Positions 50,892 to 63,119 of a DNA stretch of 64,000 bases are shown here, piece by piece. The first letter of the stretch is position 1. Each line of letters begins with the position of its first letter. Both the position numbers and the translations under genes were made by a program. The stretch lies in the NCBI GenBank assembly GCA_964270895.1, contig OZ185453.1; one strand, written 5' to 3'. A model generated the notes under the pieces. It ran no database searches, was not told the DNA's origin, and saw nothing but the letters and a program-made list of their open reading frames with translations. This stretch comes from Podarcis filfolensis. Its lineage: Eukaryota.

Positions 50892-51027
50892 GAATCATAT
50901 AATTGCAGAGCTGAAAGGGACCTTGAAGGTCATCTGGTCCAACCCCCTGAAATGCAGGAATCTTTTGCCCAATGTGGGGCTCGAACCCACAGCCCTGAGA
51001 TTAAGAGGGTCATGTGCTACCGATTGA
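50892..51027 (-). mobile_element. Short SINE: tRNA-Lys(CTT)-derived head plus CR1-type 3' tail
   Basis: Minus strand tcaatcggtagcacatgaccctcttaatctcagggctgtgggttcgagccccacattgggc resembles vertebrate tRNA-Lys(CTT), followed by ttggaccagatgaccttcaagg...tatgattc. Confidence 0.75.
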
Positions 51028-51582
51028 AAAGAGAATCTCCCCAGATGTAGCTTTCATTGCATGGTGGAGTTCCTTCTTCTATACAACTATTCAAAATGCA
51101 GGAACTCTAGCTGTTCTCCTTCCATCTGGCCATCCTAGGCACTGTGCCAGTTTTCTGCTGGAAATCACCCTCTGCCTAGAAGCTGTTTGCCCTCCGTGGT
51201 GCTGTTTTCAGTAAAAATAAAAGCAGCCAGGTTAAGCACGTCATGTGCAATTTGGCCCTTCCACTAATAACTGTATCTAGAGATCTATGGAAGTTAGTGC
51301 CTTTGGCAGAGACTTGCCAAGCCTAAGATAATCTTTTTTTTATTAAGAGAAAGAACAAGGCCAGAACACCCAATATAAATATATATTCTTACTAGCTCTG
51401 CTTCTGTGACTCTAATGGCATCCTGGAACACAGAAATTAAACAGATAAAATTTTCCCCTACCTTTGATCAGTTTTAGACAAAGGCATACTTTCCTCCCCC
51501 ATGACTATGTGCTCAAATGAAGTCTACCTCCTCACCACTTATCCCCATTCCAGGAAAACAGCTTCACCCTCTGAAGCTGTGC

Positions 51583-51727
51583 TATTTTTTCTAGAAAAAG
51601 AGGTGCCAGAACTCACTATGAACACCTGCTTTGTTCTCTTATAATGGCAATGGTGCCCACCTGAGAGGTGCTGGAACTGAATTCCTGTGAGCTCTGGCTG
51701 AAAAAAAAGGGAGGGGGAAGGCCCTGG
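51583..51727. mobile_element. hAT-type MITE fragment
   Basis: Same family as 38612-38728. Confidence 0.7.
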
Positions 51728-51899
51728 TCAAGGGAGTCAGCAATGAGATAAAAACAGCACTCTGCAAGCAATATGGAATTTGCAACTGCGAAAACAAGCA
51801 GAGAAGTGAGACAGGAGGAAGACCAGGATGGGGAAATGAGGGGCAGAAGCACAGCCAAATTAAGGGGGTCCTGGGCAATAGAGGTGTCCCATAGTTCTC

Positions 51900-52210
51900 T
51901 CCTTAAGCCAGGGTTACAGTGGCCAAAACAGAATGCCTAGTTGCCATTTGGGGGCCAGACAGCTCAAAAGTCCTATTTTTCATATGACTTTTTGGTTCCG
52001 ATGGTGCAGATAAAATACCATGGATAGAATTCTACAGGATGTGTTGCTAGTGTGTGAAGACAGGAAAGATCCAAGGATCCCCAGGCATGCACTTCCGGAT
52101 GGTAGAGACATCAGGCACCATTCTGGCACCCGGGCATCTAAACTTGGTCACAAGTGGTCAAAAGCCATGTGCAAAATGTGTGGGGCGCTTGGTGAATTTC
52201 AAACGCTGCT
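51900..52210 (+). repeat. Old dispersed repeat, hAT-like (approximate)
   Basis: Aligns to the reverse complement of 31078-31290 and partly to 17750-18130. Confidence 0.65.
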
Positions 52211-54619
52211 CCCCACTGATGTACGTCAGCCTTCTTCACTACACAGCTTTGGCAAATTTACAATTTACACTGGACTTACGCGCGTTTCAGGACCCATCCT
52301 ATTCCTGCGACTGTAATCCATTTTAATTGTTTTTAGTTGTGAATGTTAAAGGGTTGTAACACACCCTGGGACCTGCTGGCGAAGGCTGGGAAATAAATGC
52401 AATTTTTAAAATGACAACTTTACAACAGTTGGAAGAGGAGTGGGGGTGCAGACAACAAGCCTTCCCTTAAGAATAGGGGTAATACAAATACTCGGCAGTG
52501 CCTTTGTTTTGTTTGTGAATCACTGTTGTGTGTGAGGCTCATCAGTCCAAACTATTTGAATTGAAGTTTCCCAGGACTCTAACACCAGAGGATTTGGGAT
52601 GCTTTTCTGGCTGACAGTTATTCTGGAAAAAAAACTCCCCAATTAAGACACACGCTACAACTCTGCAGACAGAACACACCATTTTATTGCTCAGTTATTT
52701 GTGCGTGGAGAATATTTATTTTCCAGCCCAGTCTCCCTTTCTGCATGTTTACTTCTTATCATATATACTCTACCGGAAAGAAAACAAGATTACTTAACTA
52801 ACGCTCCAAACATTAGTTGGGGGCAGCAGGGCAGACTGAAGAGACACTGCTGCCTATGGAATCTATGCCAGCTTTTATCCCAGGCCTGAATGCTTGTTGG
52901 ATCAGTGGGAAAGACTAAGAGTATTCACTCCGTTCTGTGCAAAGATCTGCAGGCCAGCTGGGTGTGTTCATTAACAGCGGCTGGCTCTGTACATACCTGA
53001 ATGCCCAGTCCTGGCAGATTAATTCAAAGCTCTCGGAGCCAGAAGACGCGGCAGGGTTGCTGCAGCTGCAGACGAGTGGGGGGACGGCCTTTTAAACCTC
53101 GCAGTCCTGGCTCAGGAAAAGAAACCTGCAGTTCAGATCGGGAGAGAGGGTGGCATGGACATGTCTGAGATTTACAAAACCCTTAGAAAGGCAAACGTTT
53201 ACAGACAGGTGCCCTAATCTCCCATTTCATTACTTTCACTCCTTAGCTAATCCATCTTCCTATTCCTTGTTGCTTACGGGTAGGAATTTAGTCTGCTTTG
53301 CATTTTCATTCAAATCTACCTAATTTGCTAACGCAGCTATGTGAAACCTGCCCATTTCTGATTTTTGTTACGGAGCTGTCCATCCAACCTCCCCCCGCCC
53401 CTCCAAAATGAGAATATATGGGGGAACTTGCATAAAAATGCAGATAAAAGTGAAAATAACACCAATAAGGCATTATACTAGGGGAAACTACTGGCAAAAA
53501 TATGTATATTAGGGGAGATGAACACTAAAGTACTGGCGGGTTTTTGTGAGGATGTTAAAATACAAATTATTGGCAAACTGATGCAGAAATCTGGTGAAAT
53601 TGCTGAATTTATGATCAGAAGAGAAATGGAGAAAAAACAAAATTGGCAGATTTATCCACCCCTAATTTGGGCCCATAACATGGAAAAAAAACTCCTCTTC
53701 TAAGTTCCCACACCTCTTTCTCCCCATGAATGTTTCTTTATTGTGTCTGGCTCTGCTACTTTTAGAATGCCTTCCACTTCTTGAACACTCATCACAATTC
53801 ACTACTATTTTCCCACCTGTCAATGCAGAAGTTACCAACTTCTCACTCACTTCTCACGTTCTGTTTCTTCTTCTTTTACTATATAAGAAAGAAGAAAGCA
53901 ACGTAATATACAATTATAGTTAGTTCACCGAAGGAAAAAATAATGCACAAAGTTGTATTATCTTGAAATTTACTTTTCAAGAATGACTCTCCGCCCCCTT
54001 CTCCCACATGTTGGCTTAGTTCTCAGTATTGCAAACCAGATGCATTTATACCAGCATACTAAATATGCACATTAAAGCATATTAAAGAATTTTACTACTT
54101 TTTATTCAGGTCCCCACCTCTTGCCTCGCTTTTCTCTGGTTGTGTTTGGGCAAGTTTAACTGCAGCCTGACACACAGAAATACAGCAAATAAAATGTTCC
54201 CTCATATGGAAATTTCACCTGCTAAATTTATTGTTCCCAGCTACTGTCAAAGATGCAATTATGTGTGTGGTTGAGGCAATCCTATTTCCACCTTGAAATA
54301 TTTGCCACTGGAAAACTTACAAATATTATGCAAACAGAAGACAGAGACCTTATTTATACAAAAGTCCTACAATGGCAGCAAAAATGGTTCTAGTTCTATA
54401 TTTTAATTCCCTCTTTGGTCTTCTCAAAATTGCTTCCTAGGATTGCTACATACAACTAATTGTGGAGTTTTTGCTTCTAGTTTTCCATTCAAAAAATCAT
54501 TCCAACTTATTCCTATGAGATATTCATTTAAACACTGCCTTTTTTCCCTGGCGGGACTCAACGCAGCCTACAAATAAACTTCCTCCGATATAGTTTCTTA
54601 TTCGCACAGATTTCTCACT

Positions 54620-54780
54620 TTCCCTCCCTTTTAATGTTTCATTATTTTAATGTTGTATTTTAATTTTGTTTTAAGTTGTAATCATTCAACTTGTTTTTAT
54701 TATTGCTTGTAAGCCGCTCTGAGCCCGGCCTTGGCTGGGGAGGGCGGGGTATAAATAAATATTATTATTATTATTATTAA
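54620..54780 (+). mobile_element. L2 3' tail (approximate)
   Basis: tgtaagccgctctgagcccggccttggctggggagggcggggtataaataa, then (ATT)n. Confidence 0.75.
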
Positions 54781-54974
54781 CCATGTCTTTTCATAGCTCC
54801 TTCAGCTTTTAGAAGCAGCCTGACAGAAATTCACAAAAAGCAGGGGAATATAAGGATGGAAGCAAATCTAAAAATAATAATAATTATTCTATTATCTTAA
54901 AGCACTATCATTCCATCAGGCCAGCCATGGCTTCCCTCAAATAATCTTGGGAAACTGCAGTTTGTCCAAGGTAA

Positions 54975-55110
54975 TGAAAATTGTTAGGAGACCCCTGATT
55001 CCCCTCACAGAGCTAGTTTCTAAAAGGGATTTAAACAACCAACCCCTCTTCCCAGGGAACTCTGACAATTGTAGCTCTGTGAGGGGAAGAGAGGTCTCTT
55101 AACAGTTATC
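54975..55110. repeat. Palindromic MITE-like element (family also at about 59545-59690)
   Basis: ccctcacagagcta...tagctctgtgaggg inverted arms in both copies. Confidence 0.7.
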
Positions 55111-55799
55111 AACACCTTTTGCAAACTCTACAATTTGATCATCCTCCTTTGATCGCTGGCAGATTTTTTTTCCCTCCCCCAAGTTATTTCAAAACCTGCT
55201 TGACCAGAGATAAAGAGTGAAACAGCGAGGCCTGCCAAAATCTGAAAGCGGGCCTAGCAGGTGATAAAGTTGAGCTCCCTGCCACAAATAGCTTCATCTT
55301 CTGTTTTCTGCACCTCAGACCTGTGCTAAAAGGGCAACTTTTGTTTTTCCTGGTTTCCTTCGACAAACTTTTTTTTTTTTACATTAAATTTGTATACCAC
55401 CCTATATTCGTAGGCCTCAGGGCAGTTCACAACATAAAGTTACAACATAAAAAGCACAACAGACGTATTAAAAACAATTAAAACAGTCCCTAAACAATAT
55501 GCCGGCCAACAAATATAAGTGCAAATACAAAATACAAAGTAACATACAGCATTTAAAAACAATTTGAAGCAATCCCACCTCCCAAACAAAACACCCACCC
55601 ACCCAAGTTTAAAAACCTGTCCCCATAGAACTGATGTTTGGCAAACCATAGCGGGACAGCCAATTCTCTTTAATTCCGTTTACAGGCCAAGTGGTGAAAA
55701 AACTTAATTTGTGAATTTCCCTGTGCTTTTAAAGACACAGGTGCATGGCCAGAGCATATCCTCCAGCATTTCTCAGATGAAAATAGGGATGCCCTATTC

Positions 55800-56722
55800 A
55801 ATAAATAATAATAATATTGTATTATTTATGCCCCTCAATTTGACTGGGTTGCCCCAGCCACTCTGGATGGCTTCCAACATATATGAAAACCATAATGAAA
55901 CATGAAACATTAAAAAAAACCTTCCCTATACAGGGCTGCCTTCAGATGTCTCTAAAGGTTGCATAGTTACTTAGTGCCGTATTTACATATAAGCTAAACA
56001 AGCTACAGCTCAGAGCTCCACTCTCTTGGAGGCCCCCAAAAAATTAAAGGGGAAAAACTGGATGAGCATTTCCAAAATGTAAGATAAAAAACAAATAAAC
56101 TAAAACCTGCAATTATTATTTCATGTTATAGCAAGTTTCTACAGACTGAATTATGAGTCTTTGTAAATTGTGTTTGTAAAGGAACTTTCGTTATTGCCAA
56201 ATGCCAATGTGTTTGCATTATTAAGTTTGTTATGAATAAAAAATCATTTTAAGTCAGAGCTTAATAATTATTTCACTATTAATGTACTTCTTCATAATTG
56301 TATTTCACTGTTAATATACTTCTTAATTGTATTTCAGTTCAAAAATTACTTTGACAAAATACATATTTTGTTATGTGCAAATGGCTTTAGATACCTATGA
56401 GGTCCATAAATGACCATATAGCATATATTCAACACAAAAAAGCAGCGACAATTTGTTGTTGACAAAGGACAGCTGGACATATAAAGGGCTCCATTACTTT
56501 CAGTAGCTTAGGGCCTCATCAAACCTAAATCTGGCCCTGGTTACTTACCTCCTAGGCTCGGGGGGAGTAGGGGTCACATAACTCCATACCCTCCAACATT
56601 TCTCCAATGAAAATATAGACATCTTAAAGAAAAGCTGGACATTCCAGGATCAAATCAGAAACCAGGATGGCTTTTGTAAATCCAGGATTGTCCCTGGAAA
56701 ATAGGGACACCTGGAGGGTCTG
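55800..56722 (-). mobile_element. Second MITE-head + L2-tail chimera, interrupted by a hAT MITE
   Basis: Minus strand cagaccctccaggtgtccctattttccagggac...gttggagggtatggagttat...[insert]...gacatctgaaggcagccctgtatagggaag...ccagagtggctggggcaacccagtca. Confidence 0.8.
55974..56539. mobile_element. hAT MITE nested in the chimera
   Basis: Ends (ca)gtgccgtattt... and ...aaatctggccctg; 8-bp TSD gttactta at 55966-55973 and 56540-56547. Confidence 0.75.
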
Positions 56723-57959
56723 CCGGGGTGGCAGCACCCTTTACTACAAGCAGATCTTGAACTGTTTTGACCAAGGCCCCTAAACTCAGATATTGTTTAC
56801 ACTCTCTAGGCCAAACTAGATTACACTGCAGCTTCATATAACACTTTTCCAGCTTTCCTCCCTTTCTCTTAATGAGAAGCAGCTGCAGGAGGCTGTGAAA
56901 TTGATCAGAGAAGGGGCAGTGGGTAGAAAACGGTGTTTAACTATTTTCCCAGAGGCCACTAAAACAAAAAAACCTGCCATTCCCAAATTATTTTTCCACC
57001 TGTGATAAAAAAGGGATGGATACCATGTTCTACTCTCTTAAAAAGTAGTATATTTCCACCATCAAATACTGTCATCATACAGAATAAAGGCCGATTCTGA
57101 GCTTTTTTAAAAAAGGGGACACCTGGTGTCTGTCTAAAAGTCTATTTACAAAGGACCTGGATTTTAGGATGCACAACAGAGGTGGCAAAATATGTACAAT
57201 TATATAGATATTCAGGTGAGCATTGCAAATGTTTTTCTTACCAGTCCCAGCTTCTGTGTCTTTAACAGTAGCCTGATCTACTGGCATTAGCAGATTGTTT
57301 AATATCTTCAAGCTGTGAAAAAGCTGAACCTGGAGGTTAGAAAGCACATGAGTAAACCAAATCATTTTTTCAGGTTACTTGGCATCCTTAATTCAGAATA
57401 GTATAATCCAAACCAGATTATGAAAAGCAAGGAGAGAGAATCTTTCTCCTGTTATAGTGGTTGAGCAAGAAAATTGGTGATTAAATCAAAGTTAGTAATT
57501 GCAAAGTAATGTACATTTGGCCAATAAACATAAGTTCTTTAAATTCTGCCCTTATATGGGGCTCTTAAAGCTTTAAAATGCAAAGAAAACAGGCTGAGGA
57601 GGGGATTAATAAAATACTTACACAGTATGAGAGAATGACTGGGGGGGATGCAGAAATGGTTCTCAGCATAAACCCAGAGATCCATTCAACAGATAAGATG
57701 TGGGGGAGGAATTAAAGTAATAATTAAAAAAAAAGATAATGTAACACAAAGGAAAGAATAATATAATACACTAGGTGGAATGAAGCCCAGATTCATGACG
57801 CCCAACTAGCAGCTGCAACCAATCATAGCACTGTACTCTTAAATGATCTCAGTACATCTACAATTTTAGTGTGTGAGGTAGCTGCAGAAGAATTGAGCAA
57901 AGGAATTTTAAGAAGAGTAGTGCATGTATGTGCATGCTCACAATCAATATTATTATTAT

Positions 57960-58545
57960 CATTATTAATTTACTATTTATACCCCGCCCATCTGCCTGGG
58001 TTTCCCTAGCCCAGGGGTCAGCAAACTTTTTCAGCAGGGGGCCGGTCCACTGTCCCTCAGACCTTGTGGGGGGCCAGACTATTTTTTTGGGGGGGGAATG
58101 AACGAATTTCTATGCCCCACAAATAACCCAGAGATGCATTTTAAATAAAAGCACACATTCTACTCATGTAAAAACACGCTGATTCCCGGACTGTCCGCAG
58201 GCCGGATTTAGAAGGCGATTGGGCGGAATCCGGCCCCCGGGCCTTAGTTTGCCCACCCATGCCCTAGCCACTTTGGGCGGCTCCCAAGAGAATGTTAAAA
58301 ACACAATAAAACATTAAACATTAAAAACATTAAAAACTGCCTTCAGATGTCTTCTAAAAGTCAGATAGTTGTTTATTTCTTTGACATCTGGTGGGAGGGC
58401 GTTCCACAGGCCAGGCGCCACTACTGAGAAGGCCCTCTGCCTGGTTCCCTGTAACCTCACTTTTTGCAGTGAGGGAACCGCCAGAAGGCCCTTGGAGCTG
58501 GACCTCAGTGTCCGGGCTGAACAATGAGGGCAGAGACGCTTAGTT
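57960..58545 (-). mobile_element. L2 3' fragment interrupted by a hAT MITE (approximate outer ends)
   Basis: tttataccccgcccatctg...ccctagcc[insert]actttgggcggctccc...cttcagatgtcttctaaaagtcagatag...gagaaggccctctgcctgg. Confidence 0.85.
58012..58261. mobile_element. hAT (Charlie-like) MITE, 250 bp
   Basis: TIR caggggtcagcaaact / agtttgcccacccatg; 8-bp TSD ccctagcc at 58004-58011 and 58262-58269. Confidence 0.9.
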
Positions 58546-58630
58546 TAGCGTTGGTGATTATTAGCTTTAAAGCCCTAGATTACTTAGGTCCAGAATACCT
58601 TAGGAACTGCCATCTTGCCTGCTCCCAAAC

Positions 58631-58634
<4 letters not shown>

Positions 58635-58671
<37 letters not shown>
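58635..58671. repeat. (TG)n microsatellite
   Basis: Direct read. Confidence 0.95.
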
Positions 58672-58673
<2 letters not shown>

Positions 58674-59689
58674 TTAGCTGTGTATGACAAGAGAGAGGGC
58701 CTTCTCAGTGGTGGCACCCATGTTTTGAAATCCTTTGCCTTATGATGTGCGGTTTGTCCCCTCATTCACTGTTTTTTGCCAGTTTATTAACACCTTTTAT
58801 TTTGGGCAGACCCTTATGTCCTAGGCCATGCCTTTATTATTTTTAAACTGCTGAGCTGGTCACATTTGTAATTGTCTTATACTATTTTAAGGAAATTGTA
58901 ATTTTAATAGGCTATAAGCCACCCCAGATGGGTCTCCTGCAAAATGTTGCGTTTTGGGTAGTCTGTTATGAAGCGGCCTGTCTGAATTATTGCTCTTTAG
59001 AGCTTCTCGTCTCTTCAAGGCCGCCTCGCCTTTCTGCTACGTGAAGCTGATAAGAGAGGCCCTGCTTGTTAGCAAAAAAAGACAAAAATGCATCTTCTAT
59101 TGACAGGTGTGGGGGGGTGCATGGAGAAGAGAAAAACAGTTTAAACTTCCAGATCTATGATTCTGACTCTACAGTGTAAGAACACGCAAAGGGGTCTCAA
59201 TCCTTTGTGTACTCAATTCAGAGATGATCTGATTGATTCTTGACATTTCTGGCTCTGGCTTTGGGGTTTAATTGAGCATTACATGAAGTGTGTAAAACAA
59301 CTGCATTAACAAAATATCTGTTTCACTAGGTACCTGCTTTTATATTGGACAATTGTGATTGTGAGACAGTGTTTATGTAGACTCGGCACTTAGCAGGCTG
59401 AGGTCAGTTGTGTATCAGAACCAGGCTCTGTGACAGAGGGTGAAAGCAGAGGGGTCTGTTCTATGGGTTCTGACATACTTCCTGGGTCCCAGGTCACGAC
59501 ACCCAGGTTACATTACCTCAAAGAATTATGGGAAGGGTACATGGATAAGGGTGCTGAGAGTTCTTGGATGAAAGACCCCCTATTTCCCTCACAGAGCTAC
59601 AATTCTCAGAGAGTTTTAACAATGAATTCGTCTGAGAATTGTAGCTCTGCGAGGAAGATAGGGGTCTCCTAACAATTCTTAGCACTCTT

Positions 59690-60352
59690 AACAACAACAA
59701 CAACAATTTATTTATACCCCAGCCACTCTGGGCGGCTCCCAACAGAATACGAAAAACATGATAAAAGATCAAACATTAAAAACTTCCCTGAACAGGGCTG
59801 CTTTTATATGTCTTCTAAAAGTCAGAAAGTTGTTTATTTCCTTGACATCTGATGGGAAGGCATTCCACAGGGTGGGTGCCACTACCGAGAAGGCCCTTTG
59901 CCAGGTTCCCTGTAGCTTCACTTCTCACAGTGAGGGAACTGCCAGAAGACCCTCAGAGCTGGATCTCAGTGTCCGGGCTGAGCAATGGGGGTGGAGATGC
60001 TCTTTCAGGTATACTGGGCCGAGGCTGTTTAGGGCTTTAAAGGTCAGCACCAACACTTTGAATTGTGCTCGGAAACGTACTGGGAGCAAATTCAGGTCTT
60101 TCAGGACCAGTTTTATATGGTCTTGGCAGCCATTCCCAGTCACCAATCTAGCTGCCGTATTCTGGATTAGTTGCAGTTTCTGGGTCACCCTCAAAGGTAG
60201 CCCCACGTAAAGTGCATTGCAGTAATCTAAGCGGGAGATAACTAGAGCATGCACCACTCTGGCGAGACAGTCTGCGGGCAGGTAGGGTCTCAGCCTGCAT
60301 ACCAGATGGAGCTAGTAGACAGCTGCCACGGACACAGAATTAACCTGCGCCT
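59690..60352 (-). mobile_element. L2 LINE 3' fragment
   Basis: ORF 59925-60257(-) VHALVISRLDYCNALYVGLP...KLQLIQNTAARLVTG...FKVLVLTFKALN.LGP.YLKE, the L2 RT C-terminal region. Confidence 0.95.
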
Positions 60353-61329
60353 CCAAACTGTAGTTCCCAGGATTCTTTTAGCTATTGGATATAACGGTTG
60401 TACATTTGTATATATTTTTTTAAAAAAGAATTTTTTTTAAGCACCCCCAAATCTCTGCAAAATGCTGGAACAAAAGCATAATAGGGACAAATGTTTTATT
60501 CGGAACAAGCACCAGAGAATCAGGGTTGTCCCAGGCAGATAGGGAAAATTAGATTGCCAAGTGACCAGAAAAACAAGTGTCTGGCCTGCTCTTGTGCTTA
60601 TTTTTAATGTGCGGAGATCATCTGGCAAAGGCTTTCCATAGCATGGAGATAAACATCACCACCTGCTAATGGCTACACATCAAGCTGCTGTTAAAAGGCA
60701 GCTGCAGTGAGCTGAGCAGTTGGCAATCCTATTTGCATTTTATCTCTGCGCTTGCTTAAATACGCTGGAGAACTTGAGACATGGCACTCTGCATCTTAAG
60801 TCTGTTTCTTTTGTGAAAAAACTTACCAAATACCATCACTACTATTATGCACATTTGGCAGTGTTTATCATACTGTAAATAACAGTTTCACATCACCTCA
60901 TATGACATGTGCCAGCAGCATTTCTTGCCAGGTCCTCTAGAAGTTGGGAGTAATTGCTCAGTGAATGAGTTATGATTGACATTCTTTTTTTTTCCTTTTT
61001 AAAAAGTGCACTAATTAATGTTGATCTTTGCCCTGAAGAATTTGGAAATGATTGCTTTCATGGTTTCCTAATCTAAACTCCAAAACAGTGTTTTGTGTGT
61101 GTGTGTTTTTAGAGCTCATATAATCAACTGTGTCCTGTTTGAACTTCTGTCTCGCATCGCTGTTGTGAGAATAGAATTCACATTCTCTCTCTCTCTCAGC
61201 ATCCTCTGAGCTGTGCCTAGGATTTTGCACAAGATGGGATTATTTTTCGTTTAAATTGCCACATTTGCCCTGTTATGTGCCAACGAGAATGGTCTTAAGC
61301 TATTTTAATGGGAGCAGGAGAGGTGTGGT

Positions 61330-61400
61330 TCTTCCATTGCAGGGGGTTGGACTAAATGACCTTTGGGATGACCAGCTCTACAACTCTATGATTCTATGGT
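61330..61400 (+). mobile_element. Short CR1 tail (approximate)
   Basis: cattgcagggggttggactaaatgacc...caactctatgattctatg. Confidence 0.75.
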
Positions 61401-61920
61401 CTTCAAAAACACGAGAACGGCTCAGAAAACACTGGAATGCTGTAAGATAACAACGGCACCATCTGGATGATCTGTAAAAAGTAAGTGAATAAAAGTTAGC
61501 GATTCCAGGAAAGTGGGCAAGTGTGGAAAAACAACCTGTGGGGTATATCCTCTGGCTTTGCTTGATTCCTTGTCTCAGAGCAGTCCCCATTCACCAGACC
61601 ACATGCCTCATGGAGGAAAATGAAGGCCCAGACTTTCAAAATGCTGATTATTTACTGTATTTATTGCTGAAAGAAGAATATCAGCCTCCTTTTTGAGCTT
61701 TGGATGTGTTGTTTTAGGCTCAAGCAACTGTGGTTGTGCTTCTGTGCCTTTGAGCATGTTTTAGAGTTGCATTGTGATGCCTCAGTTGTTGATTTTAAGT
61801 GTTTATTTGATTGTGTTGTATTATTTTGTTAAGCTGTCCTGTTGTTGGTCACTTACAGAACACAGAGTGACTCATAACTGAAATAAATGAATATATCTTG
61901 CTGGGAATTGTGGCAGATTA

Positions 61921-62397
61921 CAGTGGTACCTCAGGTTACATACGCTTCAGGTTACAGACTCCGCTAACGCAGAAATAGTGCTTCAGGTTAAGAACTTTGC
62001 TTCAGGATGAGAACAGAAATCGTGCTCCGGCAGCACAGCGGCAGCAGGAGGCCCCATTAGCGAAAATGGTGCTTCAGGTTAAGAACAGTTTCAGGTTAAG
62101 AACGGACCTCCGGAACAAATTAAGTACCGTATTTTTTGCTCTATAAGACTCACTTTTTCCCTCCTAAAAAGTAAGGGGAAATGTGTGTGCGTCTTATGGA
62201 GCAAATGCAGGCTGTGCAGCTATCTCAGAAGCCAGAACAGCAAGGGGGATTGCTGCTTTCACTGCACAGCGATCCCTCTTGCTGTTCTGGCTTCTGAGAT
62301 TCAGAATATTTTTTTCTTGTTTTCCTCCTCCAAAAACTAGGTGCGTCTTGTGGTCTGGTGCGTCTTATAGAGAGGTACTAAACCTGAAGTACCACTG
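61921..62397. mobile_element. Tigger-like MITE with a nested second TA-targeting MITE
   Basis: TA|cagtggtacctc...gaagtaccactg|TA; interrupted at 62127-62375. Confidence 0.88.
62127..62375. mobile_element. pogo/Tigger-like MITE nested at a TA
   Basis: TA|ccgtattttttgctctataagac...gtgcgtcttatagagagg|TA; right TIR partly deleted. Confidence 0.75.
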
Positions 62398-62890
62398 TAC
62401 TATATTTCAACCCCACTTTCTGCTAGCTGGTTAAATTGGACATGTTATTGGGGTGAATTGTGTGCGTGTTTAGTAATACTGTAGCAATAGTCCTAGGAAT
62501 ATTAATGGTAGTTGCGGGGGGCGGGAGCAATCAAATAGTTAAAAAAAAAACCAGGGCAGATCTTATTCACTGCAGAGTTGGGTTGTGTAGGCTTAAATTA
62601 CAGGAGTTTTCATCTGAACATTAGGAGAAATTCTTTGATAATAGGAGCAGTTCTGGCAATTGAAAAAGTTATCGTATTTATGTGAAGCTAATGCTCCATC
62701 AAATCTAATGTGCACCTCAAATTTCAAAACCTTGAAACAAAAAAAAGTATTTGCTATGTCAGCGGTGTTTTTCAAGCTTGTAATCAAATCTAATGCGCAC
62801 CCTAAATTTGGCTAAGAAAGTTGTGCATGACATTCGAGTAAATACAGTACTTAGAGGGGTGATGGTAGATGTAATAAGTGGGACCTGATA

Positions 62891-63119
62891 CAGTCGTACC
62901 TTGATTTTCAAACAGCTTAGTTTTTGAACGTTTTGGCTCCTGAATGCCGCAAACCCAGAAGTGACTGTTCCAGTTTGCGAACTATTTTTGGAAGCCGATC
63001 GTCCAATGGAGCTTCCGCGGCTTCCAATTGCAATCAGAAGCCGCGCTGTGGTTTCTGAACGTTTTGGAAGTTGAACGGTCCTCCGGAACAGATTCCGTTC
63101 GACTTCCAAGGTACGACTG
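62891..63119. mobile_element. Tigger-like MITE
   Basis: Perfect TIR cagtcgtaccttg / caaggtacgactg, flanked by TA on both sides. Confidence 0.92.

Noticed and set aside
50967-51027. Functional tRNA-Lys gene
   Set aside because: The 5' acceptor stem is missing, there are stem mismatches, and it is fused to a CR1 tail; treated as a SINE head.
57874-57881. let-7-like TGAGGTAG
   Set aside because: The match stops after 8 nt and no precursor hairpin is evident.
60828-60940. Minus-strand exon candidate ending gtatttg|gtaagt
   Set aside because: Stops in all three frames from the best acceptor; no other support.
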